The notes beneath the pieces are model-generated. The model had not been told where the DNA came from. It did not search any database and saw nothing but the letters and a program-made list of their open reading frames with translations. This document shows positions 1 to 10,859 of a DNA stretch of 64,000 nt, piece by piece. Source of the stretch: Felis catus (Eukaryota); NCBI RefSeq assembly GCF_018350175.1, contig NC_058368.1, forward strand, positions 31,684,001-31,748,000, in the 5' to 3' direction. Within the stretch, counting starts at the first letter, position 1; every line of letters starts with the position of its first letter. The position numbers and the translations under genes are program-made.

Positions 1-384
1 GCTGCCATTCTTTTCCTTTCTCATTGGCTCAGGAAAATAGTACTTGCTTAAGGCGAAGATATTTTACAGTTAAAATGGGAAATATGTTTTTACTCAAAGA
101 TTTAATATCAAATGTTTACGTAAAATAATAATGTGGGTTTTTTTACAGTGCGTTTTTTTAAAGTATTTAAATATGCTACAAAATTCAGAAGAATTACTGG
201 CTTCATACTGAAGACAGTGTTTATTCAAATGCCATAACACACACTGATAAATCTGTAAACACTAAAATGATTTATGTATTGAGAAGTACTGTCCAGTTCA
301 GTAGTCATTAGCCACATGTGCCTAATTTAGATGTAGCTAATGTGACTGATAACCTGATTTTTTATTTTAAGTAACTTGAATGCA

Positions 385-900
385 ATTTTCCCTAGCTTTA
401 TTGAGATATAGTTGACAAATAACACTGTGTAACTTTAAGGTATACAGTGTGAGGATTTAATACATACACATATCACAAAATTATGATCACAATATGGTTA
501 GTTTATGCCTTTATCACCTCACATAATTAGCATTGTATTTATTTTTTTGTAGTGAGAACATTTAAGATCTACTCTCTTAGTAACTTTCAAATATATAATA
601 CAGTATTATTAACTAGAGTCACCATGCTATACATTACATCCCAGAACTTATTCATCTTATAACAGGAAGTTTGTACCCTTTAACCAACATCTGCCCAATC
701 CCCCAAACCCCTGCTCCTAGCAACCACCATTCTGTTTCTGTGAGTTCAGCTTTTTTAGATTCCACATACAGTACTTGTCTTTTTCTGTTTGTCTGTCTAT
801 TTCTATTTGGTTTTTTGTTTGTTTGCTATTCAGTTTTAAGAGTACTTTATATACTTTGAATATTAACCCCCTTATTAGACAGATGTTTTGCAAAGATTTT
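385..900 (-). mobile_element. LINE-1 3' fragment (L1MA9/carnivore-type 3' UTR plus a piece of ORF2)
   Basis: agctttattgagatata is the reverse complement of the L1 3' end tatatctcaataaagct. It is followed by typical 3' UTR sequence (catttaagatctactctcttag, caaccaccattctg, tagattccacata). Confidence 0.8.
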
Positions 901-948
901 TATTTAAATTTTAAAACTGATCCTCCACTCAGTTTGATTGTTGGAAAC

Positions 949-978
949 TTTTAGTATATGTGCTGCTGAAGCGAGCAC
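949..978 (-). pseudogene. RNU6: U6 snRNA 5' fragment retrocopy (nt 1-30), tailless
   Basis: Reverse complement reads gtgctcgcttcagcagcacatatactaaaa, which is U6 nt 1-30 with one G>A change at a CpG. It is flanked by the direct repeat tgttggaaactttt at 939-952 and 979-992. Confidence 0.92.
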
Positions 979-1170
979 TGTTGGAAACTTTTAAATATTT
1001 GAGGAACAACTTTAACATTTGAATCTACTTTGTCACTGTCGATTTTATGATATCTAAATACATATAAAGTATTTCCAATGAAAATTTCATGTACTAATTA
1101 AGTTGTGTTATAAGTGTAAAATGTACAGTTAGTACAGTACTAATTATTTATTGGCTCATTAATAATTTTT

Positions 1171-1394
1171 AAAAAATTTTTAATGTTTATTTATTCTTGA
1201 GAGAGAGAGAGAGAGAACCAGAGCATGAACGGGGGAGGGACAGAGAGAGAGAAAGAGGGAGACACAGGATCCAAAGCAGACTCCAGGCTCCCAGCTGTCA
1301 GCCCAGAGCCTGATGCGGGGCTTGAACCCACAGCTGTGAGATCATGACCTGAGACGAAGTCAGATGCTTAACTGACTGAGTCACCCAGGCACCC
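1171..1394 (-). mobile_element. Can-SINE (SINEC_Fc-like)
   Basis: Minus strand reads gggtgcctgggtgactcagtcagttaagc, then the body, (CT)n and an A-rich tail. TSD ctcattaataattttt at 1155-1170 and 1395-1410. Confidence 0.95.
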
Positions 1395-1410
1395 CTCATT
1401 AATAATTTTT

Positions 1411-1598
1411 TTAAAGGTTGTTTATTTTTGAGAGAAAGAAAGAGAGCAGGGCAGGGGCAGCAAGAAAGGGAGACAGAGGGTCTGAAGCAGGCTCTGTGCT
1501 GACAACAGAGAGCCTGACACACGGGTCTGGAACTCATGAACTGTGAGATCATCACCTGAGCCAAAGTTGACTCAACTGACTGAGCCACTCAGGCACCC
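1411..1598 (-). mobile_element. Can-SINE (SINEC_Fc-like)
   Basis: Can-SINE head, body and tail on the minus strand. TSD ctcattaataattttt at 1395-1410 and 1599-1614. Confidence 0.95.
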
Positions 1599-2208
1599 CT
1601 CATTAATAATTTTTATATTGGTTACATTTTTTACTGATTACATGTTGACAATATCTTAGCTATATTGGATTAAATATAGTGTTATTAAAATTATTTTTTT
1701 CTGGTTTCTCTGTTTAATGTGGCTTCTAGGATAGTTAAAATTATATGTGACTCACATTATAGTTATGTTGGATAGCACTGGCATAGGGTTATCACCATCC
1801 TTTCCGTAGATACTCATTATCTTAACAAACTATGGTGGAGTTCATGAAGGGAAGGGTGGTTTCTCCAAGACAGAATTATCTTCAGAGGGTACTAATTCAG
1901 GGCACTATTCTGTGTTAAACTATTCAGTAAAATGGAAACATGAAAAAAAGCAATTCATGTAATTTCATGTATATAAAATAGTGTCATATAATTAACATAA
2001 AGAAAAATCAGGTTATAGGTAATGGCTGATGATTACAACAGTTAAGCAATAAAATCAGAAGTCACTGCTTACCATTGTAGCCTTAATAAGAAAAGCAAAT
2101 AAGGAAGAATGTATCATCAATCAAAGCTTCCACAGCTGTTGTTAAAATGCTTCATGCCTATTTATCTTTTAATTCAAGGGAAATAACTATTTTAAAGATA
2201 GCATGTAA

Positions 2209-2410
2209 GGGTGCCTGAGTGGCTCGATCAGCTGAGCGTTGGAGTTTGGCTCAGGTCCTTATCTCACAGTTCATGGGTTTGAGCCCCGAGTCAGGCTCTG
2301 AGCTGACAGCTCAGATCCTGGAGCCTGCTTCAGATTCTGTGTCTCCCTTTCTCTCTCTGCCCCTCCTCTGCTTACACTCTCTCTGTCTCTCTCAAAAATA
2401 AATAAACTTA
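2209..2410 (+). mobile_element. Can-SINE (SINEC_Fc-like)
   Basis: gggtgcctgagtggctc...gagcctgcttcagattctgtgtctccc...caaaaataaataaa; TSD aaagatagcat on both sides. Confidence 0.95.
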
Positions 2411-2755
2411 AAAGATAGCATATAGTTCACAACATGTAACCACATAGGTTGATAATGATACCTTGATGCCAAATATAATGTAAGAAATATCAATGTTGAA
2501 AGTTTATTTAAAACTATCAAAATCCTATTATGCACAAGGCATTGCACTAGGTTCTTTGGAAAATGAAAAAGGAAGGTCAGATTTTTTAAAGATAGAGACA
2601 ATTAAAACCAAAATAATTTTGCATGTTGTGTTGGAGGTGTTGTATATTGGAGAATATTTTTAGCTAGAAGAATTGAAGAAGATTCATACTGTCAGTGACT
2701 TTTTATTTGGGTCTTACACTTTGCGTGAACATATTCTATGTCTGCAAGATAACTT

Positions 2756-2963
2756 AAAAAAAATTTTTTTAACATTTATTTATTTTTGAGAGACAGAGCG
2801 AGACAGAGCACGAGCAGGGGAGGGGCGGACACAGATTCTGAAGCAGGCTCCAGGCTCCAAGCTGTCAGCATGGAGTCTGACGCGGGGCTCAAATACATGG
2901 ACCGCGAGATCGTGACCTGAGCTGAAGTTGGATGCTTAACCGACTGAGCCACTCAGGCGCCCT
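2756..2963 (-). mobile_element. Can-SINE (SINEC_Fc-like)
   Basis: Can-SINE on the minus strand. TSD tgcaagataactt at 2743-2755 and 2964-2976. Confidence 0.95.
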
Positions 2964-3032
2964 TGCAAGATAACTTTTATAAATTAAATGTATTGTTTTA
3001 CTTAATGTATAAGATGTATTTAATGCTTTAAT

Positions 3033-3445
3033 CAATGCTTCTCAAAGTGTGCATGGAGGTTCCTAGTGACTCTTTCATGTGGTCCTTGGAGTCCTCCTTT
3101 TTCTAATTTACATATCTGTCTGAGCCTTGATTTTTGCCAATTACAAAACCTGAAATGGCATTTCACAACAGATTGTATGCAGAACCTGATATGAGGATAC
3201 ATCTGTGTTACATCAAAGGAGACATTAGAAATGTCTTTTTTTTTGTTAAAGTGAAACAATGCCACTTTTCTGATCAATTAATTAGGTTTGGAAATGTTTT
3301 ACATAAAAATGTATTATTTATGGTAATGTAATGACTATATTATTGTTTTTAAACAAATATTTTTAAAAATTCCTTTTTAAATTTTAATAGTAAATATCAA
3401 GAGATACAATCCACATAAAGATAAGCAAGCTCTTTGAGCCTCACA
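3033..3445 (+). mobile_element. hAT-Charlie DNA transposon relic (MER20B-like)
   Basis: Starts caatgcttctcaaagtg (hAT TIR-like). Internal caacagattgtatgcagaacctgatatgag...gacattagaaatg...aaacaatgccacttttct...acataaagataagcaagctctttg resembles the Charlie transposase 3' region (from recall). Confidence 0.6.
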
Positions 3446-3545
3446 ACTGCTGCTTCAAGATGATCGTGTTTTTATTATGTAATTATCAAGGGAGGAAGCT
3501 GTGGAGGTACACTGCTCCAATCTCCTTTCAAGACAGTTTGTTGCA

Positions 3546-3625
3546 GGGCACCTGGGTGGCTCAGAAGATAAGTGTCAAACTCTTTTTATTTATTTTTTTA
3601 TTTTTTAATGTTTTTATTTATCTTG

Positions 3626-3666
<41 letters not shown>

Positions 3667-4031
3667 AGGAAGAGAGGAGATGGAGTGGGGCAAGGGCAGA
3701 GAGAGAGGGAGGCACAGAATCTGAAGTAGGCTTCAGGCTCTGAGCTGTCAGCCAAGAGCCCTAAGCAGGGACCGAACTCACAGACTGTGAGATCATGATC
3801 TGAGCCGAAGTCGGACGCTTAACCTGTTGAGCCACCCAGGCGCCCCAAGTGTCTAACTCTTGATTCCGGCTCAGGTCATGATCTCAGTTTCATGGGTCAG
3901 AGCCCCATATCAGGCTCTGTGCAGACCGCATGGAACCTCCTTGGGATTGTCTCCCTCTCTCTGCCCCTCCTTCCACTTGCACTCAGTCTCTCTGTTTCTG
4001 TCAAAATAAATATACTTAAAAAAAAAAAAAA
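3546..4031 (+). mobile_element. Can-SINE (host element) interrupted by an antisense Can-SINE
   Basis: Head gggcacctgggtggctcag at 3546; the element resumes at 3862 (gattccggctcaggtcatgatctc) and runs to a poly-A. TSD aagacagtttgttgca (3530-3545) / aagacaatttgctgca (4032-4047). Confidence 0.92.
3585..3846 (-). mobile_element. Can-SINE nested in the opposite orientation inside another Can-SINE
   Basis: Complete minus-strand SINE ending gagccacccaggcgcccc. TSD aagtgtc(a/t)aactctt at 3570-3584 and 3847-3861. Confidence 0.93.
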
Positions 4032-5868
4032 AAGACAATTTGCTGCAAGTGGGTGGATGCCAGGCAGCTGCTGCATACCCTTGGATCTGTCACAGCACTC
4101 ATGCCAAGGCAAAACTATTCTGGGCCCAGACAATGAATGTCCAATGTAGTACTCGACATTACAGATATTCCTTGCTTTGGGCCCTTGCTAAGACTTCCTC
4201 AAAGTTATGGACCCCCAAACCTCCTTCCTCCCCCTTCTCCTTTTATAAGAGTCAGGCTTGCCTCATGGTCTAAATGTTCCCTCACCTACTTCTTCCTTCT
4301 TGCCCCTCTATTGTTCCTAGGCCTTCTATCAGTAGGTGTCTTGAACATTGAGTTCTATCCTGATGTCTGCCTCTTTTAAGAGGTTTAAGACCTTGAACTG
4401 ATACATAAGGTTATAAGGGAAATTACTAACACCATAATTATTTTATAATATTTTTACATACTAAGAGTGCAGTATCATTTACATAACATAGATCTGTTCT
4501 CAATTTTTGCCATTTAGGATTTCTTGCATATTTATATGGAATATATGATTGAAAGTTGAAAATATTTCATTTCTTATAGGCTATAGTTTATTTTCTTTGC
4601 ATCTGATCTCTGTCCAAATGCTATCTCATTATCTATGCTTCAATATAGTCGTTTCATATTGTTTTATTTTATTTTATTTTATTTTGGTTTTGTTTTAGGG
4701 GCTTTGGGGATATATCTTCAGGAGTGGCAATTGTGGAAAAAATAGATTTTTTCCCTTACTAGGGCAAAAGGGCCCTAGTAAGACAGTTTCCATACTTCCT
4801 TTTCTAGTCCAACCAAAGTGACTCTTTTTTATAGAATTCATAAGCTTGAGTTTGAGGAAAGATTTTATTTGAGGTGTGTAAGTGCTAAGAAATAAATGAG
4901 TAAAAACACTGCCAAATTGATCTGCATTATACATATGTAATAAATATGTGAGGTTGGTCTTTACTTTCATAAGTCACAATAGCAAGATGTCAAACCTACA
5001 AACACAATTTAATTCCATTATTATTTAATTCATGGAAGAATGTATAATTATATCCATTGTCTTTTGGCCTGAAAATGAAACATTCTCATCATTAGGATGG
5101 AAGTGTGCTCATAAGTGTGGTGTCATGTACAACCGGAAGAAAACATTCTCAATATTTGAAAGAAGTGAAAGAAATAATTTCAGGGTTGTTCGACAAGATT
5201 TTCAAAATCATTGCATATTTTTTCTTAGATGTCAGTGTGGCAGTTTAACAATACCAAAAATCAAAGCATAAGCACAAGGACTAGTGGCATTTCGTTGAGT
5301 TTAATTAAAATTCAATATCCTGACTAAACATGGGGATGCAGAAAGCAACTTTGTCTTTGATACACATATCTGAAATTTACTTTGAACTTAAATTTTTTAA
5401 TGAGAATTTCAATCCATTTAGAAATCTGTATAGTTAATTTACTGGAAATATAATGAGCACAGGGACATCTTGGTGAGGGCCTTATTCATACACAGAATGC
5501 ATGTGCAACTTCAAAGTATATTACTACAAAACTATAAGAGGTTATACACTAGCTTTTTAGTATTATAAAGATATCATCCAGCAGTGATTCATACTTAGTA
5601 GAAGATCAAGAATGATCCAAAACAAGAAAAAGAGAAAATAAAAGATTACAATATTCAGGAAAATAAGACCAAGCACATTTACTGATGACTCTACTTGGTG
5701 GTATATGTGTATCAAGTGGCTAATTGCTCAAATGGAAAACTTTCCATTCTTTATCCAAAAGATAATTTGCCAATCTTCATCTGATCCACTGTTTGCTGTT
5801 TAAAGCCACTGCCTGATAATGCAGGAAGTTTTTTTCTAGTTATCTGCAACAGAGACTCATACACCATT

Positions 5869-5907
5869 AAAAAACAAAAACAAAAACAAAAACAAAAACA
5901 AAAACAA
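5869..5907. repeat. (CAAAAA)n simple repeat
   Basis: Direct reading. Confidence 0.9.
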
Positions 5908-6036
5908 GAACACAACAGCTATCAGAATGGAACAGGTGCCTGGGAGAAGGAACAGAAAGTGCCTGTGCAGTGGATCTGGCCATCATGAGGTGGATGCTGT
6001 CAAGATCACCAAGTCATAGTAAGAGTGAATGAATCA

Positions 6037-6232
6037 GGGGTGGCTGAGTGGCTGAGTCAGTTAAGCATCAGTGTCTTGATTTCAGCTCAGTGCATGATCT
6101 CACGGTTAGTTGTGAGACTGGGCCCTGTGGGCTTCGTGTTGAGCATGAAGTCTCCTTGGAATCCTCTTTCTCCCTCTCTCACTGCCCCTCCCCCACTCAT
6201 GTCTCTCAAAATAAATAAATAAACATTAAAAA
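6037..6232 (+). mobile_element. Can-SINE
   Basis: ggggtggctgagtggctgagtcagttaagc...aaaataaataaataaac; TSD aagagtgaatgaatc / aagaatgaaggaatc. Confidence 0.92.
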
Positions 6233-6357
6233 AAGAATGAAGGAATCCGTAGTAACTGTCATTAAAAGGAATGAGCAAATATGGCATATAAATACAGGAA
6301 ATACTCTTTAGTCATAGTACTAATCAAATAAATGCAATTTAAGAGAACACTGCAATT

Positions 6358-6577
6358 GGGCGCCTGGGTGGCTCAGTCGGTTAAATGTCCAACTTTGGCT
6401 CGGGTCATGATCCCACAGTTCATGGGTTCAAGCCCTGTGTTGGCCCCTATGCTGAGGGCTCAGAGCCTGGAACTCCTGCTTCGGATTCTGTGTCTCCCTC
6501 TCTCTCTGCCCCTCCCTCACTAGCACTCTATCTCTCTCTCTCAACAATAAATAAAACACAAAAAAATAAATAAATAA
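6358..6577 (+). mobile_element. Can-SINE (SINEC_Fc-like)
   Basis: gggcgcctgggtggctcagtcggttaa head; TSD agaacactgcaa at 6344-6355 and 6578-6589. Confidence 0.95.
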
Positions 6578-6589
6578 AGAACACTGCAA

Positions 6590-6860
6590 CAGCTTTATAT
6601 CTTTTCAGATTAGCAAAATTCATATTAATAAGTAAAAGTGTGTGAAGTTGGTGATCTGAATACATTACTATTGATTATCTAGATTTGGATATCATTTCTG
6701 AAGGACATTTGAAAATTGGTATTAAAATTTTTTAAATTGATCAATGCTACAATTTCATTTCTTGGGATGTATCTGAAGGAAACTGTAAGAAAATAATGGT
6801 TCAAATGCATAAATGTAAAAATATTCATGTGGCATGTGTTTAATAGGAAACACTCTTTAT
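6590..6860 (+). mobile_element. Ancient L1 (L1ME-like) ORF2 3' relic
   Basis: Degenerate match to L1M 3' ORF2 (tcagattagcaaaa..., acaatttcatttcttgggatgtatctgaagga). Confidence 0.4.
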
Positions 6861-7249
6861 AATTTAAAGTTCCAAGAAAAGGGTCAGAATTTGGAGCACT
6901 GAATTTGGTTTTCCTTCTGGTATATTCATTCTTCCTGAATGCCCTGATTCTTTTGTATCTTCTGCAATTGTGTTCTTTCCTTTTCCTTCCATTCACCAGA
7001 CAACACACTCTAATATGACTTCTGGTTTCACAATTTCCCCCAAACAGCCCTGTTGTTTTCATTAATAGCTATTATTTCTCATTTAAAAAGTTATACCAAC
7101 CTCATCTGTGTATTCTGACTGTTACTTTTCTCTCTTGCCTCGTCTCAACCATCCCAAACAGCCTTATCCCACCACCCACTCCAGCTTATGTGTTTAAGAA
7201 GTCTCTTTTATATCCAGACACGTTTGGGTCTAACTTTGACTTACATAGC

Positions 7250-7700
7250 TCTAACTTGCTAACATTTTCCATTGGACTTCAGGTAAAGCACAACATCCTT
7301 ACACTGATTGGCAGGACCCCTTCTTAGCATGAACCTTTCCAGCTTTTCCAGTATCTTCCAGTCGCTTTCTTTTTCTCTCCCATACTGGCCATCCTTCAGT
7401 TTCTGGAACATGCCCTTGCCCTCATCAACGTGGAGCTCTTGCATGCACTCACTCCTTCCTCAAGAAGGTTGATTTTAGGACACCCCCTTGATTTGTGACC
7501 TCCTTCTTTTGCTTTAGACAGCAGCTAAATTCCTGTTTATTTTGGATGCATTTCCTGATCCTCCAAACTAGGTCATTTTTCTCAGTCACACTCTGTTAGA
7601 ATCATGCTTTCTGCTCCCCTTTGCCCTACCTTTTGTAGGAAGTAGGTCACTTCATAATTTTATAATAAGTCACACAATCAGTTGATTAACACCTTTTTAA
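7250..7700 (+). mobile_element. L2 LINE relic
   Basis: ccattggacttcaggtaaagcacaacatcctt...catactggccatccttcagtttctggaacatgcc is typical L2 3' sequence. Confidence 0.5.
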
Positions 7701-8204
7701 ATTGCATATTTAAATATGTCTAAGTTTTTATTCACATGATTATTTCCTTTAAATCTAACAGAACCATAATTTCTGTGAGAATCGATACTTGGTTTTTATT
7801 CCGCATTTTATTACTAGTGCCAAACACTCTTCCTTAGTTATAAGCTGTAAACTTTGTCTCACACACTAATGAAAATTACTTTTGATGCTTTCTTTTGGTA
7901 AACTGGAAATACGCTCAGTTATCAATATAAGGATTGTTGTAATTTATTGTTATGATTATAGTGGGGGCACTAGAAGAAAGAACACAGAGATTTATATAAG
8001 AATTGATAATTTTGTAGTTTTCTTCCAATTTTCCACATCCTAACTAAACCTAGTCCTTCTTTGGTCATTCCTTGGCTAAGAAGATAAAAACTTTACCAAA
8101 CTCTGATGGTGTTATGCCATACCAATATTATCAAGATTTCCTAAAGGAGTAAGAAACTAATAATGTGAAGTACATGCTAGAAAAAGAATTTAAAAACAGA
8201 AAAA

Positions 8205-8466
8205 AGAAGTGACTTTTAGAAACAAGTCTCATTCCAGGAAGCAATACTATGAAAGAAAGAAAAAGGATGAAGTAAAACACGTGCACACACATGCACGTGC
8301 ACACACACACACACAAGCACACACTTGCACACCCCAAATATTCACTCATGTTAGTGTGTGCATATGTGTGCACATGCACGTGGGTGTGCACGTGTTTTAC
8401 TTCATCTTTTTTCTTTTTTTCATAATATTGCTTCCTGGAATGAGACTTTTTCTAGAAATCACTTCT
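8205..8466. repeat. Long imperfect inverted repeat (palindrome), arms ~8205-8305 and ~8365-8466, around a CA/TG-rich centre
   Basis: The left arm agaagtgacttttagaaacaagtctcattccaggaagcaatactatgaaagaaagaaaaaggatgaagtaaaacacgtgcacac aligns by eye to the reverse complement of the right arm with about 7 substitutions and 2 small indels. Confidence 0.95.
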
Positions 8467-10676
8467 CTCTTTTTTTAATGTTGTTGTTTATCTTTTATTC
8501 CTGCGATACAATTAAAAACCAACTATATAAGGAGGAGAAACACTTTAGGGCTGTAGAGACATCTTCAAAAGAGAGACAAATGGAAAACTGATTTGTTTTC
8601 ATGGGTTTCAAATGGTTGGGGAATATGATAAAAGTGCAGACTTGATAGAATGTACATTTACAGATAATTTAAAGTATGTTCACATTAACGGCATTAGCCT
8701 TATCAGAATTTTAGTGCTTAGGGCTTCCTTTGATTTCCTGAATTTTAACAAGCATAAATTATATTTCCATTTGATAACTATCGTGGGCACAAAGTTTTTA
8801 AAACAAATCTTCATGGACATCATCACACTCAGAAATTTTGAATCAGCTCTTGGGTGAAACTGATTATCCAGGCTAGAGTCCCCACATGAGAGTCTTCATT
8901 GTTGTTCAACGTGTCAAAAATATTTAATAAAACCTTTTAGAAGTAGCTAACCACATACATAAGGAGAACCTGACGATGCTTAGTATGTATAACATCTGAA
9001 TGTTTGTGGATATAAAAAAAAATCTCCTAGGAAATATGTTGCCTACATAGGGAGGTTTTAAGTTAAGCAGTTAGACTTTATAAACAGATGGGATCACAGT
9101 CGCTTCTGTTTCAGGACACCGTGTCATTCTGGATGTGCCACTGTGCTACAGCAGTTTCTTCCCACTAGCCCACTCATGCCAGTCATTCACCTTCTGGTAC
9201 ATTGGGGTTTCATTAGCTCAAAACTGCCTGACCTTGTGTCGGGCACAAGTCGACAGGTAGTTCATAACCCTTTGCTGTCAGAATTAGCATTCATGATACT
9301 CCTTAAACTGTGGTGCAAATTTAGAGTTCGTTATTAAATGATGCATATGTTACTACACTTATAACTGATTCAGTCTAGTTATTTTTAGCTTGACCTTTTC
9401 TGTATTCATCAAATCAGTTTTGAAACAGACATTGAGGTACCCTTTACAGTTCGTTATAAAAATTTCTATGGCTGATATTTCAGATGGAGTTTTCCAGATT
9501 CTCAGTGGCTCCATAATAAATGTTAGACTTCAATGTTAGTTTAAATAAAAATGAAGTAAGCATGGATCCCCAGGATATTAATGATCCTTTTTTTTTCAAC
9601 CCTGGAACAGCTTCACTCTCCAAGTATAACTGGATTGGAAATAATACACATTCCCTTAGGTATTAAAAGTGACAAAAGTAGAACTAAGAAGAACAATTTA
9701 TGTTATGGATTATTATAAATTATTAATTCTTTTCTGACTCTACCCTTCCCTCATTAAGCTAACATTGAAAAATATCAAACCCAAAGAGATAGATAATATT
9801 CAGCACAAGATACTACAAATTTTCTTCATAACTACAGTGAAACCACATCTTACTATTTTAATTAGGAATTTCAAAAGGCTGATTCTTAGAAATTATTCCT
9901 GGAGCAAGAAAACAGGACTGCAAGGAACTTTGTTTCATCAACGATGGAGTCTAAGACCCGTAGGAATAAAAACCAATGATGTGGGAGAAGGGCACCCAGG
10001 TATACAGTAGAGAGAGACCCTTAAATATAATAAAGGAGGAAATATAAATCTTAAAGGGTGCCTTTGGTCTTCCATCATCTTTAGTGAAATTCATTATTGA
10101 TGCTCTAGGAAAAGTGTAGAATTTTGCACTGATTCCCTGCTTTACAAACTGTATGGATTTACACATGCTTAGTGGTAGGTCATATGTAATAGAAGTTGTA
10201 TGTATCTCATTATCTTAGTACTTTTTTCCTTGTTTTACTATTATTCTACAGCAATTTAAATATTATGTGGATTTTATGCCTATTATCAAATGAAACTGAA
10301 GGTGATGTTTGTAGACTAGGGAAATTCAAATAGCTCAGGCAAGTATTTTTAGAGGCTGAAGGTAAATACTTCAAGAAATAAGCTGATGGAGAGAATATTT
10401 TAAAAGGCGGCTTTTCCTGTATTATCATAATGACTCGATCTCAGTGCTGCTTTACTGAAGTAAGATCACAAAAGAAATGTTACTAAGAGGTCGGTATAAG
10501 GTCTTTGCTGTTTCTTCACTCGCAAAGCAACTAGTCAGTCACAGAACATCCGTTTTTAAACTTGCGAGATTTTCTTGCATTTCAGATAATGTATTGTCCA
10601 TTAAGTTGGACACATACACATAAAAAGGGCTTACCTATTCCTTATCAGTTCAGATGCTTTAAAAGACACTGAGTTT

Positions 10677-10859
10677 GGGGCTCCTGGGTGTCTCAGTCGC
10701 TTAAGGGTCCATCCGACTGTTGATTTCTGATCAGGTCATGATCTCACAGTTTGTGAGTTCAAGCCCCGCACGGGGCTCTGTGTTAGCACTGTAGTGCAGA
10801 GTCTGTTTGGGATTCTCTCTTTCTCTTTCTCTCTCAAAATGAATAAATACAACTTAAAA
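10677..10859 (+). mobile_element. Can-SINE
   Basis: ggggctcctgggtgtctcagtc head; TSD aaaagacactgagttt / aaaagacattgatttt. Confidence 0.92.

Larger units (their letters stand above)
284..1780 (+). mobile_element. hAT-Charlie DNA transposon relic (Charlie1b/MER33-like), split by an L1 fragment, a U6 retrocopy and two SINEs
   Basis: Degenerate TIRs aagtactgtccag (284) and ttggatagcactg (ends 1780). Internal blocks tagccacatgtg..., aaaactgat...ttggaaactttt, gaatctacttt...tatttccaatgaaaatt and ctcattaataattttt...gtgactcacattat follow the Charlie1b/MER33 consensus order as I recall it. Confidence 0.7.

Noticed and set aside
1155..1614. Three identical direct repeats with long spacers, superficially CRISPR-like
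   Set aside because: This is mammalian DNA: the spacers are SINEs, the repeats are TSDs, and there are no cas genes.
2209..2290. tRNA-like A/B-box sequences
   Set aside because: They are tRNA-derived SINE heads, not tRNA genes.
8131..8591. Opposite-strand ORFs sharing the peptide VHVFYFI..LLPGMRL, and flanking TTAA suggesting piggyBac
   Set aside because: The shared peptide is a consequence of the palindrome. TTAA is itself palindromic and the termini do not look like piggyBac TIRs.
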